Shown in pieces: positions 60,124 to 64,000 of a stretch of DNA of 64,000 nucleotides. Location of the stretch: positions 128,001-192,000 of the forward strand of contig JAVZCB010000001.1 in NCBI GenBank assembly GCA_038874595.1. Reading direction: 5' to 3'. The notes under the pieces were generated by a model, which worked only from the letters and a program-made list of their open reading frames with translations, searched no databases and was not told the DNA's origin. The stretch's first letter is position 1; each line of letters starts with the position of its first letter. A program made the translations under genes and the position numbers. The stretch is from Candidatus Micrarchaeia archaeon. Its GTDB lineage: Archaea; Micrarchaeota; Micrarchaeia; CAILAH01.

Positions 60124-60801
60124 TTATTTCTTCAGGGAGTCGTTGAACATCTTGATTTCCCTTTGAACCTCAACATTTATCAGCCAGAGCTGCTCCTGGG
60201 ATATGGTTTCTATAAGGTACAACCCGTGGGTTGTAATCGCCTGTCCAGGTTTAGGCACTATATTATCAAAAGGAAGTGGGGTAAGTGTTTCCTTTGTTAT
60301 GACCTGCACTATCTTGTTATCGGAAAACGCAAACGTGGTTATGTTGGCAAAAATGTTATAATTCCCACTTGATATAACCGTCCCGCACCTTACTGTACAG
60401 CTGTTCAAGCGTGTTATGAAATGTGTTCTTGCAGCATCGTTTTTTGTGTTGCATGCCATTGTCCCATCTGTTATCAATATATCCATAAGATGTGTCATGG
60501 GCCTGCCGTTCTCTTCATATGGGTAAATTCCAAGAAAATATGCATTTATGACACGAGAGTCAAAAGTATCCAGGTTTCTCTGCATGGCAATCTTCGCACA
60601 GCGTTTCCCAAGATAAGGCAAGGATATAAGGAATTCGCGGGCTTTCTCAGTATTTTCAAAAAGAAGCCTGTAACTGTCAATGTCAAGCTTTGGCCCGCAT
60701 AATTTAAGCTGGTTGGGCGGGAATGCATACCTTAATGCACGATGGATGCCTGTTACGCCTGCTTTTTCAGTTAACATGCATATATTCCGAGAATTTAACA
60801 A
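60124..60801 (-). CDS. DUF6390-like protein
   Basis: RYAFPPNQLKLCGP, LPYL..IA, VINAYFLG, C.V..G.V, C-terminal PGQAITTH. Confidence 0.6.
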   Translation of the reverse strand: MLNSRNICMLTEKAGVTGIHRALRYAFPPNQLKLCGPKLDIDSYRLLFENTEKAREFLISLPYLGKRCAKIAMQRNLDTFDSRVINAYFLGIYPYEENGRPMTHLMDILITDGTMACNTKNDAARTHFITRLNSCTVRCGTVISSGNYNIFANITTFAFSDNKIVQVITKETLTPLPFDNIVPKPGQAITTHGLYLIETISQEQLWLINVEVQREIKMFNDSLKK

Positions 60802-60891
60802 TATAAAACTAAAAGTTATGGCAGTTTTTCAGACGTGGTTATATTCTGATGGCCAGAAGGGTATAAAAATAAGTTTATGCCCTAAGTATTT

Positions 60892-62226
60892 ATGGCACGC
60901 GCAACCATTAAGGTTAAAGAGTGCCTGAGAAGCGTAAGAGATAAGTTTAACTCCATGTTTGACATTAGACCGCCTTCCTTACAGTTAGCGTTTGCCATGG
61001 CGGGCGGGACGGCGTTTGCATCCAAAAGTCCACTTATAGAGCAAATCGCCGTGCCATCTTCACCTGATGATTATATTTCAAAATTCGATACGGGCCCCTT
61101 CCCTGAAAAGGGTACTCCTGCGCGTGGGCTTGCTGAGTGGGAATCATTGCATATACTTTATCCAAAGGAAATTAATGATACAAATAAGGGATGGAAGAGA
61201 TTCATAGAAATGAAAGATGCCCAAAAAGAAGTTAAAAGGATGCTTGAAGCGCCAGGTGCATGCCATGAGTACCTTGCATATGAAGCTGCAAAGCTGTCAT
61301 GCGAGAAGAGCGCCATTAGGTATACATTGCATATAATGGTAGGTGCACTTGCAGAAGATTATGTTTTTATGCCTGGTGAGACACTTGATGACCTGTTCGT
61401 AAAGAAGCCAATTAAAAAATACAAAAACATAGAGGAATATGCAAACGCACTTGTGCCTTTAAACGAGAGGGACCCGGAAGTGCCGAGCATGCTCAAAAGC
61501 ATGTTCTGGCTGGTTGCAAAAATATGGAAGAAAATTGCCGGAGGCAATATCCAGGATGATGTGATAAACAGGCCGTACATGGCACATTTCTATGATAATT
61601 CTCGTGAAGAAGGGGACCGTGGCCTCAATGTTCAGAATGGCGAGATTAAATTCCAGAGTGCGCTTGACAGGCTAAAAGCATACTGGAAGCTTGCAACTAT
61701 ATACTACCAGAATGGTGATAAGAGCAAGGCATACGTGGCGCTTGGGCATATGGTCCATTTAATATCAGATTTGCACGTGCCTGCACACGTTCACAATGAC
61801 ATCCACGGCCCAACACGATTCCTTGGCAAGCTGGATTCTTTTGAGCAATGGTTAAAGAGAAGTGATTATCCTCATATCCAGCGCGGCGAGAAAGACATGA
61901 ACATTAAAATTTGGAGCAGCGCTTCCCTTACCCCACCTTCACCGGATACTTCTTGGACACCTGATAACATCAACGAAAAACTAGATCATTTTGTAAACAG
62001 CATCGTTAATGTAACAAGGCAATATAAAAGCGTAGATGTTGAGGGCGATGCGCCCGGGCAGAAAGTCCTATCCAAGAAAGGGCTTACTGATGATGAGTGC
62101 TACTACCAAGCTGAGCACCTGATACCACTGGCGATACAGAATTCATCTCAGTTAATAGTGAACTTCATCAATTACCAGAAAGCACTTGAATTGAAAAATA
62201 TGACGGTATCCGCCTCCATCTGTTAA
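60892..62226 (+). CDS. Zinc-dependent phospholipase C / S1-P1 nuclease-like protein
   Basis: W...H, GALAED, HFYD, LGHMVHLISDLHVPAH, FEQW. Confidence 0.75.
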   Translation: MARATIKVKECLRSVRDKFNSMFDIRPPSLQLAFAMAGGTAFASKSPLIEQIAVPSSPDDYISKFDTGPFPEKGTPARGLAEWESLHILYPKEINDTNKGWKRFIEMKDAQKEVKRMLEAPGACHEYLAYEAAKLSCEKSAIRYTLHIMVGALAEDYVFMPGETLDDLFVKKPIKKYKNIEEYANALVPLNERDPEVPSMLKSMFWLVAKIWKKIAGGNIQDDVINRPYMAHFYDNSREEGDRGLNVQNGEIKFQSALDRLKAYWKLATIYYQNGDKSKAYVALGHMVHLISDLHVPAHVHNDIHGPTRFLGKLDSFEQWLKRSDYPHIQRGEKDMNIKIWSSASLTPPSPDTSWTPDNINEKLDHFVNSIVNVTRQYKSVDVEGDAPGQKVLSKKGLTDDECYYQAEHLIPLAIQNSSQLIVNFINYQKALELKNMTVSASIC

Positions 62227-62290
62227 CTGGAGCTTATATTATTTTGTGGCAATCATTACATATTTTATCTAATAGGCAAAAGGTGCAAAT

Positions 62291-63829
62291 GTGCAAAACA
62301 AACTATCACAGCTGAATGCGCTTTTCCTTGCGGTATTACTACTTATTGCAGGGTGTGCGATATCTATAAGTATTCTTGACCTGTTCGTGCTGCCTGCTTT
62401 GGTGCCAGCAGAAAGCGCAACTGCAAGGCTGGCAGATATACCTCACGGAATTAATGCATCAATCGATTCGCCACAAGAGCTGTATGTGCCTGAGGATTCG
62501 CCGTTTGAAATTGCAATTACGCTAAGCACACCTGAAATCAAAGATGGCGAAACTGTGGTTGTGTATATTGTTGCTAACGATAGCATACGCGATGTGCACG
62601 AATGTGTGCCATCTGACGAGGAAGTAACTTTTGTCGGGAAAACACAAATACACTGTAATGTGAGCATTGCACACGCATACATAGTGCGTGAGCAGGTAAT
62701 CTTGTACCCTGTGCTTGAGCATTACCTAACCGGCCCGATTGCGCGTGCCGACCCGATAGTGCTGGCGATTGATTGGGATGAGTATGATTCACTGCTGTGG
62801 GGATACTCAATAATGATGCTTTTTGCCTCAATCATCGCGCTTGCGTTTATGGCAGCTGTGCTCATAATCGTGCTTTATGTTGCGGCTGGCGCGAAGCACA
62901 TTGAGGAATACAAAGAAGAATACAGCCTCTCAACCCTCCTCCTTCCGTTCAAGAATGCCAAAAGCTGGACCGAAATGTACCAGGCGCTTATCTCATCACC
63001 ATGGTTCTGGATTACAGAGGTTGCAGGTATCGCAGTTCTTCTCTTTTACATTATGTTTGCATCAAACTCGCTCGTATCGTTCTCGGCGTTTTTTGCGTTT
63101 ATGCTGAGCGGTTTTCTTGCGTTCATAACACCTTTCCTGTGGACTGCTGTTATGTGGCTTGCAGATTACAAGGAGCGTGAGCCTCTCAGGATTATTGTAT
63201 CGCTGTTCCTGTGGGGCGGCCTTGCAGGCCTGATGTCAATAGGCCTGAACTCACTGTTAGGCAATATATTCATTGCAATTGGGGTAGGGTTTCTCTCTGC
63301 GATGATCATTGCACCGCTTGTAGAGGAGTTTTTCAAGGGTATGGGCATCGCAGTGTTCTCGTTGCATCATGAACTCAACAATATGGTCGATGGCCTCGTA
63401 TATGGTTTTATAATAGGGATGGGGTTTGCTTTTGTTGAGGATTGGCTGTATCTATTAAACAATCCAATGGGTGGCAATCCAGCAATGTGGTTTGCAGTGT
63501 TCATATTGCGCTCGATAGTATTCTCTGCAACACATGGTGTGTTCACATCCCTCACAGGAGCTATAATAGGTTACCTTAAAGAGAAGGAGTTTGCGTTCCC
63601 GACACTCGGCCTGCTGTTTGCACCGTTGCCTGCGATGGCCCTGCACGCCATACACAATTCAATGGAATTCTGGTCATTGTTCGGTGGACTTGGGCAGGTT
63701 GCATACTGTTGCATCCTCCTCCCACTGTTTGATTATGGTGGCTTGGCTTTTGTAATGATTCTTCTCATCATTGGAGTGTATCTAATGCAGCCATTAAAAC
63801 AAAAGGGCAAGAAAGCACTTGGAACCTAA
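62291..63829 (+). CDS. PrsW-family intramembrane glutamic protease with extracellular domain
   Basis: EREP, APLVEEFFKG, DGLVYG..GMGFAFVED, HGVFT, LHAIHN. Confidence 0.9.
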   Translation: MQNKLSQLNALFLAVLLLIAGCAISISILDLFVLPALVPAESATARLADIPHGINASIDSPQELYVPEDSPFEIAITLSTPEIKDGETVVVYIVANDSIRDVHECVPSDEEVTFVGKTQIHCNVSIAHAYIVREQVILYPVLEHYLTGPIARADPIVLAIDWDEYDSLLWGYSIMMLFASIIALAFMAAVLIIVLYVAAGAKHIEEYKEEYSLSTLLLPFKNAKSWTEMYQALISSPWFWITEVAGIAVLLFYIMFASNSLVSFSAFFAFMLSGFLAFITPFLWTAVMWLADYKEREPLRIIVSLFLWGGLAGLMSIGLNSLLGNIFIAIGVGFLSAMIIAPLVEEFFKGMGIAVFSLHHELNNMVDGLVYGFIIGMGFAFVEDWLYLLNNPMGGNPAMWFAVFILRSIVFSATHGVFTSLTGAIIGYLKEKEFAFPTLGLLFAPLPAMALHAIHNSMEFWSLFGGLGQVAYCCILLPLFDYGGLAFVMILLIIGVYLMQPLKQKGKKALGT

Positions 63830-64000
63830 TCAAACACGGCAGCCAGCTGGCCAGGCACGTATGCTTTTATTACCATATCACCAGGAGGGCAAAATGCAAT
63901 TGCGTTGGCCAGTATGGTAATGTTTTTATTACTGGCAACTTATAATTTGGCATGGCCAATACGGAATCATCCTCACTTATGCAGACGATGCTGAGGAGAA

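Noticed and set aside
963-63655. Numerous antisense and overlapping ORFs of 60-200 aa in the track
   Set aside because: They are shadows of well-supported genes on the opposite strand or in another frame, with no motifs of their own
63830-64000. Partial CDS at the right edge
   Set aside because: The minus-strand frames examined contain stops, and no product could be supported

Overview
Gene-dense archaeal chromosome segment. It is most likely from a DPANN lineage such as Micrarchaeota; this is inferred from archaeal information genes, a form III-like RuBisCO, tRNAs with T-loop introns and many short orphans. Housekeeping content: GluRS, UppS, csl4-rpoL-DUF99-signal peptidase, NOP2-type methyltransferase, GGGP synthase, Elp3, rpl37ae-rpoP-Brix, thioredoxins, NAD kinase, a Ca2+-type P-ATPase and a mutS-mutL-dus operon. 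An AT-richer block (~29.1-39.1 kb) carries a copper-export locus, a pseudogene, panD and orphans. The most unusual signals are four. (1) Three intron-containing tRNA genes missed by the ORF track: Gly-TCC and Pro-CGG with two introns each, and Val-CAC interrupted by 386 nt made of 72-nt tandem repeats and lacking a normal BHB junction; the Pro and Val introns use related hairpin modules. (2) A ~630-aa protein with a pre-toxin-like hairpin and two degenerate GGDEF-like motifs, followed by a small candidate immunity gene. (3) A membrane-anchored wHTH regulator with a CxHGxxCPM loop and palindromic sites upstream of copA. (4) A MutS1 ending in a PCNA PIP-box-like motif. No CRISPR array, rRNA, transposase or integrase was seen. 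All family calls are by motif recognition only, without database searches.
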